64,000 bases of DNA, from the IMG/VR virus record IMGVR_UViG_3300024348_000008, one strand, 5' to 3'. Position numbers and translations under genes: made by a program. The stretch is from a virus. The stretch's first letter is position 1. Each line of letters begins with the position of its first letter. Under the pieces are notes generated by a model that had not been told where the DNA came from, did not search any database, and was given only the letters and a program-made list of their open reading frames with translations. Positions 31,503-40,795 of this stretch are shown piece after piece.

Positions 31503-32150
31503 ATGAAATTAATTACGGAATATACAGAAAGCAATATTAGTCATTTCACCGAAGCTACTAAATCCGGTGGAAAACAACATGTTATTGAAGGCGTGTTTAT
31601 GCAGGCTGATAAGAAAAATCGTAATGGCCGCATATATGAGAAAAAAATTCTAGAGGCTGCAGTTGACAAATATGTCGCTGAGCAAGTTCTCAGTGGTAGG
31701 GCAGTTGGTGAGTTAAATCACCCCGAAGGTCCTACTATTAATCTAGATAAGGTTTCACACAAAATTACAGACCTCAGATTTGAGGGAAATAATGTTGTAG
31801 GAAAAGCATCAATTCTTAAAACCCCTATGGGACAAATCGTTGAAGGTTTGTTAGATGGAGGAGTTAAGCTTGGTGTATCAAGTCGTGGTATGGGTAGTCT
31901 TGTACAGAAAAATGGTACTAGTTATGTTGGGTCTGACTTTATGTTAGCCACAGTAGATATCGTTCAAGATCCTTCCGCTCCAGAGGCATTTGTCAATGGA
32001 ATTATGGAAGGAGTAGATTGGATATGGAATAATGGTATTTTAGAAGCACAAGAAATTGAAAAGATTGAGACTGAAATTAAGCGTACGCCGTCGAAGCATT
32101 TAGCTGAGGCGCAAATAAGAGCGTTTAAAAATTTCCTCTCTAAACTTTAA
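31503..32150 (+). CDS. gp21: Prohead protease gp21
   Basis: IEGVFMQA, NRNGRIY, GELNHP, GVSSRGMGS, DPSAPEAFV. Confidence 0.96.
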   Translation: MKLITEYTESNISHFTEATKSGGKQHVIEGVFMQADKKNRNGRIYEKKILEAAVDKYVAEQVLSGRAVGELNHPEGPTINLDKVSHKITDLRFEGNNVVGKASILKTPMGQIVEGLLDGGVKLGVSSRGMGSLVQKNGTSYVGSDFMLATVDIVQDPSAPEAFVNGIMEGVDWIWNNGILEAQEIEKIETEIKRTPSKHLAEAQIRAFKNFLSKL

Positions 32151-32170
32151 CTCTATAATAGGAGAGAAAA

Positions 32171-33322
32171 ATGTCAGAATTAGACACAAAAGCAGTTGAA
32201 GAAACTGTAGTCGATTTAGGCGAATCTCAAGATGCAGAGCAAGTTGAAGTGGAAACTTCAGAAGAGCTCGTTGAAAACGAAGTTGGAAACGAGGAAATTT
32301 CTGAAGACGCTGATGCTGGAGAAGTAACAGAAGCTAAAAAAGAAGAAGAAGAAAAAGAAGAAGTAGAAGAAACTGCTCCTGCTTTTAAAACTCCTTCTAC
32401 TAAAGCTGGTGTTATTAACGCTGCAGTTGAGATGCTTAAAAAGGCAAAAAAACATGAAGCGCAAGCTATGTTTGCAAAGATGAATAAAGTCGATGAGTCT
32501 GAAGATGATGGTTCCCTAGATAAAGCTATTAAGAAAGCACCGAAAGCTGTTGATCCTAAAGCTAAACCTAGTGATGCATCTGCGAAAGCAGAAGCAGTGG
32601 AATTTGATTATTCAGAAGATTTAGATGCATTAGTATCTGAGGAAGCTACATTGTCTGAAGGATTCAGAGCAAAAGCTGAAGCAATCTTCGAAGCAACACT
32701 TAAGTCAAAATTAGGTGCAGAAATCGATAGATTAGAAGGCGAATACGCGCAAAACCTTGAAGAAGAAGTTGGTGATATTCAAAAGACTATCGTAGAAAAA
32801 GTAGATAACTACTTGAACTATGTTGTAGAATCTTGGATGAAAGAAAATGAAGTAGCAGTAAGTACTGGTCTTAGGACTGAGATTGCTGAAGACTTTATGG
32901 CTTCTTTACAAACTGTCTTTAAGGAACATTACATTGAAGTACCAGAAGGTAAAGCAGATTTAATCGACGATATGGCCGAGCAAGTTGCTGAACTAGAGGA
33001 ACAACTCAATAAATCCACAGAAGAAAACATCAAGTTACATGAAACTACGCAAACATATGCGCGCGCTCAAGTAATAAGAGAAGCTTCTTCAGGGCTTGCT
33101 GATACAGAAGCTGAGAAACTCGCATCATTAGTTGAATCTATTGATTTTGAAGATCTAGAAACTTTCACTATGAAAGTAACTACTATCAAAGAATCATACT
33201 TCAAGTCTGATGTAAGTGAAACAGAATCTGAAGTAGATGCAGTTATAGGAAATGATTCAGCTCCGGTTGATCTTTCAGATAATATGAGCAGATACACACA
33301 AGCTATTACTAACTCAAAATAA
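32171..33322 (+). CDS. gp22: Prohead core scaffold protein gp22
   Basis: Highly acidic; VDNYLNYVVESWMKENEVAV; synteny. Confidence 0.9.
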   Translation: MSELDTKAVEETVVDLGESQDAEQVEVETSEELVENEVGNEEISEDADAGEVTEAKKEEEEKEEVEETAPAFKTPSTKAGVINAAVEMLKKAKKHEAQAMFAKMNKVDESEDDGSLDKAIKKAPKAVDPKAKPSDASAKAEAVEFDYSEDLDALVSEEATLSEGFRAKAEAIFEATLKSKLGAEIDRLEGEYAQNLEEEVGDIQKTIVEKVDNYLNYVVESWMKENEVAVSTGLRTEIAEDFMASLQTVFKEHYIEVPEGKADLIDDMAEQVAELEEQLNKSTEENIKLHETTQTYARAQVIREASSGLADTEAEKLASLVESIDFEDLETFTMKVTTIKESYFKSDVSETESEVDAVIGNDSAPVDLSDNMSRYTQAITNSK

Positions 33323-33345
33323 TTTTATCTAATTAGGGGACAAAT

Positions 33346-34680
33346 ATGTTTAATACAGATAATAAATTAGTCGAGAAATGGCAACCAGTACTTGAGCACT
33401 CAGATGCTCCAGCTATAGACAGCAAGTACAAGCAAGCCGTTACTGCTCGACTCTTGGAAAACCAAGAAATTGCTTTGCAAGAAGAGCGAAACCAAACTCA
33501 AGGTTTTGTTACAGAAGCAGCCGCAGCTAACGCTACCGGTTCTTCTGTTGCTAACTTTGATCCGGTTTTGATCTCTTTAGTAAGGCGTGCAATGCCTAAC
33601 CTTATCGCTTATGATATTGCTGGCGTTCAACCTATGACTGGTCCAACTGGTCTAATCTTTGCAATGAAGTCTAAGTACAGCACTCAAGGTGGTACTGAAG
33701 CATTATTCGACGAAGCTGATACTGATTTCTCAGGAGCAGGTACTCATCAAGCAGATCCTACTGGACTTGCTGGTGTAGTTGATGCTGATACTGATGGATC
33801 TATTGCTGATACTGCTGATGTAGTATCAACTTACGGTGAAGGCGATACTACAGCTCAAGCTGAAGCCCAAGGTACTCACGTAGCTGGTTCAGCAATTGCT
33901 GGTGGTGACGCATTTGGCGAAATGGCTTTCTCAATCGAGAAATCAACCGTTACAGCTAAATCAAGAGCTCTTAAAGCTGAATACACTATGGAACTTGCTC
34001 AAGATCTTAAAGCAGTCCACGGTCTAGACGCTGAAGGCGAACTTGCTAACATTCTTTCAGCTGAAATCTTAGCTGAAATTAACCGTGAAATGGTAAGAAC
34101 TATTCTTACTAAAGCAAAAATCGGTGCACTTCAAACTTCAACTGCAGTATCTGGTATCTTTGATGTCGGTACTGATAGTGATGGTCGTTGGATGGCTGAA
34201 AAATTCAAAGGTCTAGTTATGCAACTCGAAAGAGAAGCTAATGTGATCTCTAAAGAAACTCGTAGAGGAAAAGGCAACTTTGTTGTTTGTTCTTCTGACG
34301 TTGCTTCTGCACTAGCTGCTGCTGGTGTGTTGGATTATTCTCCAGCTCTTGCAACTAACCTAAACGTTGATGATACTGGTAATACTTTTGCCGGTGTTCT
34401 TAACGGTCGTATGAAGGTTTATATTGATCCTTATTCAACTACAGACTTCGCGTGTGTAGGTTATAGAGGATCTAATCCATATGATGCTGGTATGTTCTAT
34501 TGCCCATATGTTCCTTTGACTATGGTCAAAGCTATTGGTGAAAATGACTTCCAACCTCGCATCGGATTTAAAACTCGATATGGTATGGTTGCTAACCCAT
34601 TTGTTGCAGCTGATGGAACAGGTACTAATAGGGCTAATCCTTATTTCCGTATCTTCCGCGTTGACGACATTATGGTCTAA
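33346..34680 (+). CDS. gp23: Major capsid protein gp23
   Basis: LVRRAMPNLIAYDIAGVQPMTGPTGLIFAM, KSRALKAEY, FQPRIGFKTRYG. Confidence 0.97.
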   Translation: MFNTDNKLVEKWQPVLEHSDAPAIDSKYKQAVTARLLENQEIALQEERNQTQGFVTEAAAANATGSSVANFDPVLISLVRRAMPNLIAYDIAGVQPMTGPTGLIFAMKSKYSTQGGTEALFDEADTDFSGAGTHQADPTGLAGVVDADTDGSIADTADVVSTYGEGDTTAQAEAQGTHVAGSAIAGGDAFGEMAFSIEKSTVTAKSRALKAEYTMELAQDLKAVHGLDAEGELANILSAEILAEINREMVRTILTKAKIGALQTSTAVSGIFDVGTDSDGRWMAEKFKGLVMQLEREANVISKETRRGKGNFVVCSSDVASALAAAGVLDYSPALATNLNVDDTGNTFAGVLNGRMKVYIDPYSTTDFACVGYRGSNPYDAGMFYCPYVPLTMVKAIGENDFQPRIGFKTRYGMVANPFVAADGTGTNRANPYFRIFRVDDIMV

Positions 34681-34704
34681 ACCAAAAAAAGACTTAGCGC
34701 TTTT

Positions 34705-34735
34705 AAAGCAGGATCTTCGGATCCTGCTTTTTTTT
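34705..34735 (+). terminator. Rho-independent terminator after gp23
   Basis: AAAGCAGGATC-TTCG-GATCCTGCTTT followed by a T-run; cUUCGg tetraloop. Confidence 0.92.
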
Positions 34736-34738
34736 GCG

Positions 34739-34746
34739 TATAAATA
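34739..34746 (+). promoter_or_regulatory. Late promoter
   Basis: TATAAATA directly after the terminator, 5 nt before ATG 34752. Confidence 0.75.
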
Positions 34747-34751
34747 GATAT

Positions 34752-35054
34752 ATGAAAAATTATAAAACGCAACAATTAGAAATGATTGATCTTAATTGGG
34801 ATGGTAATGTTGATGACGATGTTAATTCGAAGATTGCTTCAGCCTTTGCTTTAAATCCTTCAGACAATATTGCTTTTTCAGATAGTGAAAAAGTGTCATA
34901 TAATCAGTTTTGTACTAGAATGTGGTTAGATAATTGTGATGAAAATCTTGCTTTTGGTTCAACGCGATATACACAAAAAGAATACACTGTAAAGTTTCAA
35001 TCTTGGTTAAAAGAAAAATGGAGAATAAATAATGGCAACGTTAACAGCAAATAA
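34752..35054 (+). CDS. Hypothetical protein
   Basis: In-frame ATG 34752 after the promoter; FCTRMWLDNCDE. Confidence 0.65.
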   Translation: MKNYKTQQLEMIDLNWDGNVDDDVNSKIASAFALNPSDNIAFSDSEKVSYNQFCTRMWLDNCDENLAFGSTRYTQKEYTVKFQSWLKEKWRINNGNVNSK

Positions 35055-35496
35055 GAATTTTTTAACTCCAATAGGATTTAAATTTTCTATTGATAATACT
35101 TTGTATCCTAATTTAGAATATTTTTGTAATTCTGTAACATTGCCAAGTATATCTTTAGCAGGAGTTGATACTCCATATAAGGGTGTTAATTTAGGTTTTA
35201 CCGGTGATAGATTAGAATTTGATGATTTAACTATTACATTTAATATAACAGAGAATATGGAAAACTATAAAGAAACGTTTGATTGGATGCATAATAGTAT
35301 TACAACAAATGAATCTTTCACTTCCGATGCTACACTGAGTGTGTTATCTTCACACAATAATGTTACACAGGAAATTATATTTAAAGATTGTTTTCCTACA
35401 TCTTTAAGTGGAGCTGATTTTACATCAATAGCTAATGACGTTGAGTATTTACAAGCTTCTGTGACATTTAAATATACGTACTTTGAATTTAAATAA
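35032..35496 (+). CDS. gp3: Tail tube terminator gp3-like
   Basis: NFLTPIGFKF, GDRLEFDDL, FKDCFPTSLSG. Confidence 0.85.
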   Translation: MATLTANKNFLTPIGFKFSIDNTLYPNLEYFCNSVTLPSISLAGVDTPYKGVNLGFTGDRLEFDDLTITFNITENMENYKETFDWMHNSITTNESFTSDATLSVLSSHNNVTQEIIFKDCFPTSLSGADFTSIANDVEYLQASVTFKYTYFEFK

Positions 35497-35503
35497 AAAA
35501 ACA

Positions 35504-35532
35504 TGTACTTTTGAGTGAAACTGTGGTATAAT
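35504..35532 (+). promoter_or_regulatory. Early (sigma70-type) promoter TGTACT-N17-TATAAT
   Basis: Member of a family of nine near-identical promoters with an extended -10 (TGGTATAAT). Confidence 0.75.
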
Positions 35533-35549
35533 AAACAGTTAACTATAAT

Positions 35550-36005
35550 ATGGAGAAAATTATGGATTTAGATACTATTCTAGAAATGTGGAAGAAAGAT
35601 TCACAAATAGATGAAATGGCCTTAGACGAAGCTTCTCGTCAATCTGCAAATTTACATTCTAAATACTTAGAGCTCTTAAGTTCAAATCGCATGCGGTTAA
35701 AGAAAGCTCAATTAGAATATAAGGTTATACTTAAAGATAAGTTTAATCATTATGGCGGTAAATTAACTCAAGAAGAAATGGATTCAAAAGGATGGGAATA
35801 TGATCCTTTACATGGTAATACTGTGCTCAAAGGAGACTTAGATAAATATTATGATGCAGATCCAATTATTCAAGAACACCAAGCCAAAATTGCATATTTA
35901 GAAGAAATTACAAGTGTTCTTAAAGAAATGTTAGAGAATATTAAATGGAGACATCAGAACATTAAGAATATGATTGAATGGAGAAAGTTTACCAGTGGCA
36001 TATAA
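35550..36005 (+). CDS. uvsY: Recombination mediator UvsY
   Basis: WKKDSQID...LHSKYL...IKNMIEWRKFTSG; synteny with uvsW. Confidence 0.88.
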   Translation: MEKIMDLDTILEMWKKDSQIDEMALDEASRQSANLHSKYLELLSSNRMRLKKAQLEYKVILKDKFNHYGGKLTQEEMDSKGWEYDPLHGNTVLKGDLDKYYDADPIIQEHQAKIAYLEEITSVLKEMLENIKWRHQNIKNMIEWRKFTSGI

Positions 36006-36918
36006 AATATATGATCATAAGTTTGAATGGAAAGGGAACTTCGATTATGCACGTACGTGTATAAAACAAGCATTGGAACAAATAGATTATCCAGAAGATC
36101 TTAATATATTTAATCATACTGATTTAACTCAGATGAATTATTCGAATGTGTTATTTGTTAAACCTACAGCACCTACTTCAAAACATTTTGCAATTGATAC
36201 TATTGGATATGCTAATGCTTCTAAATTGGCTTTCGAAGAACCATATGAACCAGATATAATGTATTCTCATTTAAATTCTAAGAACAATATGGATTGGAGT
36301 AAAATAGAAACTCTAATTAATCAAAGATCTAATAAATGGGATGATTCTATATTACTCAAATGGAGAAAGGCTAAAGATGTACCAAAAGAGCATATATTAG
36401 TTATCGGCCAGATGCCCGATGATGAAACTGTAAAAGGATTTGGTTTAGGTGGTCATTGGGAAAGTATTACATTGATAGTAGAAAGATTATATGCACAGGT
36501 AACAGAGTTTCCAATCGTAGTAAAGATTCATCCAAGATTAAAGCTAAGAGGCAAACAAAAAGATATTGTAGATAAATGGATTCAAGATGGAATAGATGTA
36601 AGAGATGGATATGAATCTATACATGACTTCCTTCCGCATACTCGAGTTGCAATATTAGATAATAGTACTGCAGGAATAGAATGTTTAATGCATGAAGTAC
36701 CTATTATATCATATGGTTTTCCGGAGTATCATTGGGTAACTAAACAGCTACAAAGCTTAACTCAATTACCTAAATTATGTAATGATATAAGTTGGCATAA
36801 AAAAGAAAAGGCCATGAAATTTATATATTGGTACATTAATGATTATCTTTGTTATGATGTTGAAAGCACAAAGAATAGGTTGAATGAAATTTTTAATATA
36901 AGTAGGTTTAAAGATTAA
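35995..36918 (+). CDS. KpsS/KpsC-like (capsule synthesis family) GT-B glycosyltransferase
   Basis: LVIGQMPDD, IVVKIHP, NSTAGIECLMHEVPIISYG. Start inferred at GTG 35995. Confidence 0.65.
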   Translation: MAYKIYDHKFEWKGNFDYARTCIKQALEQIDYPEDLNIFNHTDLTQMNYSNVLFVKPTAPTSKHFAIDTIGYANASKLAFEEPYEPDIMYSHLNSKNNMDWSKIETLINQRSNKWDDSILLKWRKAKDVPKEHILVIGQMPDDETVKGFGLGGHWESITLIVERLYAQVTEFPIVVKIHPRLKLRGKQKDIVDKWIQDGIDVRDGYESIHDFLPHTRVAILDNSTAGIECLMHEVPIISYGFPEYHWVTKQLQSLTQLPKLCNDISWHKKEKAMKFIYWYINDYLCYDVESTKNRLNEIFNISRFKD

Positions 36919-36924
36919 ATTTAA

Positions 36925-38403
36925 ATGGAACAGATTGTAATATCTAAATTAAACGAAAGTTTTTTACAAATTAGTTGCGAATCCAGTACAGAAAGAGAGT
37001 TATCAGAACACTTCTGTTTTTATGTACCTGGATATAAATTTATGCCGGCATACCGTAATAGAGTATGGGATGGTAAGATTAGATTATTTGATTATCGTAA
37101 AAAACAAATCTATTGTGGACTATTTAATTATTTAAAAGAGTTTGCACAAGAACGTGGTTATAAAATAATTACAGATTATGAACCTACCAGCACAGAAAAT
37201 GTAGATGAACTTATCTCCCGCCTGCCCCTGACGGCCGCGGGCGCGCCTATCCACCCGCGCGGGTACCAGATAGAAGGTATTAAACATGCTCTATCTAATA
37301 ATAAATCCTTATTATTATCTCCTACTGCAAGCGGTAAATCATTAATGATATATTTAATGATAAGACATTTTTTAGAATCTAATGATAAACAAAACATATT
37401 AATAGTGGTTCCTACAACATCATTAGTAGAACAAATGTATACTGATTTTGGAGATTATAGTTCAACCGATAGTTGGAATGTTGATAACAATTGTCATAGA
37501 ATATATTCTGGTAAAGAAAAAATAAATTTAAAACATAGAGTTATTATAACAACTTGGCAATCTGTATATAAAATGAATTTGTCTTGGTTTAATTCATATG
37601 GTATGGTTATAGGAGATGAAGCTCATAATTTTAAAGCTAAATCTCTCACTGCTATATTAGAAAAATGTGTTAATGCTAAATACAGAATTGGCACCACAGG
37701 AACTTTAGATGGTACCCAAACCCATCAATTAGTATTAGAAGGTTTATTTGGACCTGTGCACAGAGTTACATCAACAAAATCATTAATGGATGCAGATGAT
37801 TTAGCTCAATTAGAAATACGCATATTATTGCTTAAGTATGCAGATAGATATATGCGTAGCATAGCAAAAGCAAAATATCAAGAAGAATTAGATTTTCTTG
37901 TTGGACATAGTCCACGAAATGAATTTATAACAGATCTCACCGTTAAATTACGTGGAAATGTATTGGTGTTATTTCAATATGTAGAAAAACATGGTAAACC
38001 TCTACATGATATTCTTAAGAAAAAGGTAGCTAAAAATCAAAAATTATTTTATGTGAGTGGAGAAACTGACGTTGATACACGAGAAAATATAAGATCTATT
38101 ACTGAAAATGAAAATAATGCTATTATTGTTGCGAGTATGGGAACATTTTCTACCGGTATTAATATTAAAAAGTTACATAATATAATATTTGCATCACCTT
38201 CTAAATCACAAATAAGAGTCTTACAATCTATTGGTAGAGGTCTCCGTAAGAGTGGAGATGGTATAAATACTATAGTATATGATATTGCTGATGATTTGCA
38301 TTGGAGAACTCAAAAGAATTATACTTTAAAGCATGCGGCAGAAAGAATAAATATATACAGTAAAGAGAAATTTACATACAATATAAATGAGATAAACCTA
38401 TGA
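36925..38403 (+). CDS. uvsW: SF2 helicase UvsW
   Basis: SPTASGKS, GDEAH, GTTGT, LQSIGRGLR. Confidence 0.95.
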   Translation: MEQIVISKLNESFLQISCESSTERELSEHFCFYVPGYKFMPAYRNRVWDGKIRLFDYRKKQIYCGLFNYLKEFAQERGYKIITDYEPTSTENVDELISRLPLTAAGAPIHPRGYQIEGIKHALSNNKSLLLSPTASGKSLMIYLMIRHFLESNDKQNILIVVPTTSLVEQMYTDFGDYSSTDSWNVDNNCHRIYSGKEKINLKHRVIITTWQSVYKMNLSWFNSYGMVIGDEAHNFKAKSLTAILEKCVNAKYRIGTTGTLDGTQTHQLVLEGLFGPVHRVTSTKSLMDADDLAQLEIRILLLKYADRYMRSIAKAKYQEELDFLVGHSPRNEFITDLTVKLRGNVLVLFQYVEKHGKPLHDILKKKVAKNQKLFYVSGETDVDTRENIRSITENENNAIIVASMGTFSTGINIKKLHNIIFASPSKSQIRVLQSIGRGLRKSGDGINTIVYDIADDLHWRTQKNYTLKHAAERINIYSKEKFTYNINEINL

Positions 38404-38786
38404 AACCAGAAGATATGAACATACGACATTTTAAGCTTATTAATGGCGACAATATATTGGCTTTGGTTCATAAAAAGGAACAAGGCAGAGTTATAGTAGA
38501 AAGACCTGTAATAGTTACGGAAACCATTATAGGAAGCTATTCATTACGTCCATGGTTTTCATTTTCATCTCAAACACTATATACTATACTTGATTCTGAT
38601 ATTATGGCACATGTTTTAATTGATGAAGATGTAAAGCATACTTACTTAAAGGCAGTAACAACACCAATGTCACCTGCAGATATAAGATCTGTAGATGAAC
38701 TATCTGATGAACTTGAAAGATACATGAGTGAAACTCTAGAAGATATATTACCCTCTGATACAATTCCAAAGAAGACATATCATTAA
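38400..38786 (+). CDS. Conserved T4-like hypothetical protein (possible Sm-like fold)
   Basis: FKLINGDNILA N-terminus, resembling 53314..53604. Confidence 0.6.
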   Translation: MKPEDMNIRHFKLINGDNILALVHKKEQGRVIVERPVIVTETIIGSYSLRPWFSFSSQTLYTILDSDIMAHVLIDEDVKHTYLKAVTTPMSPADIRSVDELSDELERYMSETLEDILPSDTIPKKTYH

Positions 38787-38821
38787 TAATAGTATCCTCC
38801 TCTACTCAAATGGCCTCTTAT

Positions 38822-38850
38822 ATTATACCATATTTGGAGCGATTTGTACA
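38822..38850 (-). promoter_or_regulatory. Antisense early promoter TGTACA-N17-TATAAT
   Basis: Reverse complement reads CATGTACAAATCGCTCCAAATATGGTATAATA. Confidence 0.75.
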
Positions 38851-38893
38851 TGTTTATTTTCATTTATTTCGCATTAATTTTTTAATTTAACTA

Positions 38894-38922
38894 TGTACAA
38901 AGCTTAAAAAATATGGTATAAT
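38894..38922 (+). promoter_or_regulatory. Early promoter for gp55
   Basis: TGTACA-N17-TATAAT followed by ATACC. Confidence 0.8.
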
Positions 38923-38955
38923 ATACCCTAACAAGCTAAAAATGGAGATTATATT

Positions 38956-39525
38956 ATGGCTGATCCTAAAAAGAAAGCACATTATATCAATAATAAAGAA
39001 TTCTCATATGCAGTTGTAGAATACGTAAAGTCTGCTAATGAGGCAAAAGCCAAAGGAGAAAAAGTACCGGTAGTAACAGATTATGTTGCACAATGCTTTT
39101 TAAAAATTTCTGAAGGATTATCACATAGACCAAACTTTGTTAGGTATACATACCGCGAAGAAATGGTTATGGATGCAGTTGAAAACTGTTTAAGAGCAAT
39201 CAATAATTATAATATTGAAACTGCTACAAGAACAGGCAAACCAAACGCATTTTCATATTTTACTCAAATTTGTTTCTTTGCATTTATACGTAGAATTGCC
39301 AAAGAGAAAAAACAACAAGAAATAAAGTTTAGATTCATTGAAAAAATGGGTATTGATGATTTTGTATCAATGGGTATGGATGAAGAAGGTGCAGGTCAGA
39401 CTGCGGCATATGTAGATACTCTAAGAAGTAGAATCTCTAAAATTAGAAATACTGATAAAGCTATTAAAGCATTTGGAAAAGAAGAGAAAAAGAAATTGTC
39501 AAAATTAGAGTTATTTATGGTATGA
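38956..39525 (+). CDS. gp55: Late transcription sigma factor gp55
   Basis: HYINNKEF, LSHRPNFVRYTYREEMVMDAVENC, NAFSYFTQI. Confidence 0.95.
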   Translation: MADPKKKAHYINNKEFSYAVVEYVKSANEAKAKGEKVPVVTDYVAQCFLKISEGLSHRPNFVRYTYREEMVMDAVENCLRAINNYNIETATRTGKPNAFSYFTQICFFAFIRRIAKEKKQQEIKFRFIEKMGIDDFVSMGMDEEGAGQTAAYVDTLRSRISKIRNTDKAIKAFGKEEKKKLSKLELFMV

Positions 39526-39731
39526 AGAAATTAACAAGAGCGCAAAAGGATATTCAAACAAACCTTGGCAAAAAAAGACATAAAAAAGATCTTAAACGTA
39601 GACCTCGTGTAAAACTAATAATTGCTTCTATGCGAAAACTTAATAGAATTCAAAAGAAATTAGAAAAAATTAAGTATCTTCAAGTTAAATATGGTAATAA
39701 GGTTGAAGTAAAAACAGGTCAATTGCTATAA
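39522..39731 (+). CDS. Small basic hypothetical protein
   Basis: 69 aa, K/R-rich, translationally coupled on both sides. Confidence 0.6.
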   Translation: MKKLTRAQKDIQTNLGKKRHKKDLKRRPRVKLIIASMRKLNRIQKKLEKIKYLQVKYGNKVEVKTGQLL

Positions 39732-40795
39732 TGAAAATAGCTATATTGAATGACACACATTGTGGTGTTAGAAATTCCTCTGATATATTTTTAAATTATC
39801 AAAAACGATTTTACGAAGAAGAATTCTTTCCATATCTTAAAGAGCACAATATAAAAAACATATTGCATTTAGGTGATTATTATGAACACCGAAGATTTGT
39901 TAATTTTAAAGCGTTAAATCAAAATCGAAGAGATTTTTTAGAACCTATGCGTGATGCAGGTATTACTATGGATATCATTCCAGGTAATCATGATGTTTAC
40001 TTTAAAAACACTAATGAATTATGCAGTCTTAAAGAATTACTCGGATATTTTACATCTAATGTTAATATTATAATGAAACCTACAGTCTTAGACTATGATG
40101 GTTGTAAAATTGGTGTAGTTCCATGGATTAATAATTCTAATTATAGTGAATATACTGAATGGTTAAAAACATGTAAAGCAGATATTATAGGTGCACATTT
40201 AGAATTAAAAGGTTTTGATATGATGCCTGGTATGCCGAATCCTCATGGTATGAGCTCTGAAATATTTCAAAGATTTGAAATGGTATTATCAGGACATTTT
40301 CATACAAAATCAGATAGAGATCCAATACATTATTTGGGTGCACAATTTGAAATGACATGGGCAGATGTTGATGATCCTAAATATTTTCATGTATTAGATA
40401 CAGAAACTCGAGAATTAACACCAGTTAGAAATCCTATTACAATATTTAAGAAGTTTGTATATGATGATAAGAAGGTTGATTATAATACTATTGATATACA
40501 ACAATTTAGACAAAAATTCGTTAAATTTATCGTAGTAAATAAAACAGATCTTTATATGTTTGATAAATTTGTAGACAAATTACAAAGCATAGATACATAT
40601 GAATTAAAAATAGCAGAAAACTTCGAAGAGTTTATTGGTAATAATGTAGACGATGAGTCAATTAATCCAATGGAAGATACAACAGAATTATTAGATTCGT
40701 ATGTTGAAGCAGTTGAAACTGATCTTGATAAAGATGCTATAAAATTGAAATTAAGAGAATTATATACAGAGGCTCAAAACTTAGAAATAATATGA
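39731..40795 (+). CDS. gp47: Recombination nuclease gp47 (Mre11-like)
   Basis: DTHCG, LGD, GNHD and SGHFH metallophosphoesterase motifs. Confidence 0.95.
   Translation: MKIAILNDTHCGVRNSSDIFLNYQKRFYEEEFFPYLKEHNIKNILHLGDYYEHRRFVNFKALNQNRRDFLEPMRDAGITMDIIPGNHDVYFKNTNELCSLKELLGYFTSNVNIIMKPTVLDYDGCKIGVVPWINNSNYSEYTEWLKTCKADIIGAHLELKGFDMMPGMPNPHGMSSEIFQRFEMVLSGHFHTKSDRDPIHYLGAQFEMTWADVDDPKYFHVLDTETRELTPVRNPITIFKKFVYDDKKVDYNTIDIQQFRQKFVKFIVVNKTDLYMFDKFVDKLQSIDTYELKIAENFEEFIGNNVDDESINPMEDTTELLDSYVEAVETDLDKDAIKLKLRELYTEAQNLEII

Noticed and set aside
38748-38783. 11-aa minus-strand ORF MICLLWNCIRG behind GGAGG, downstream of the antisense promoter
   Set aside because: The SD spacing is long (about 12 nt) and the ORF is too short to support without conservation data.
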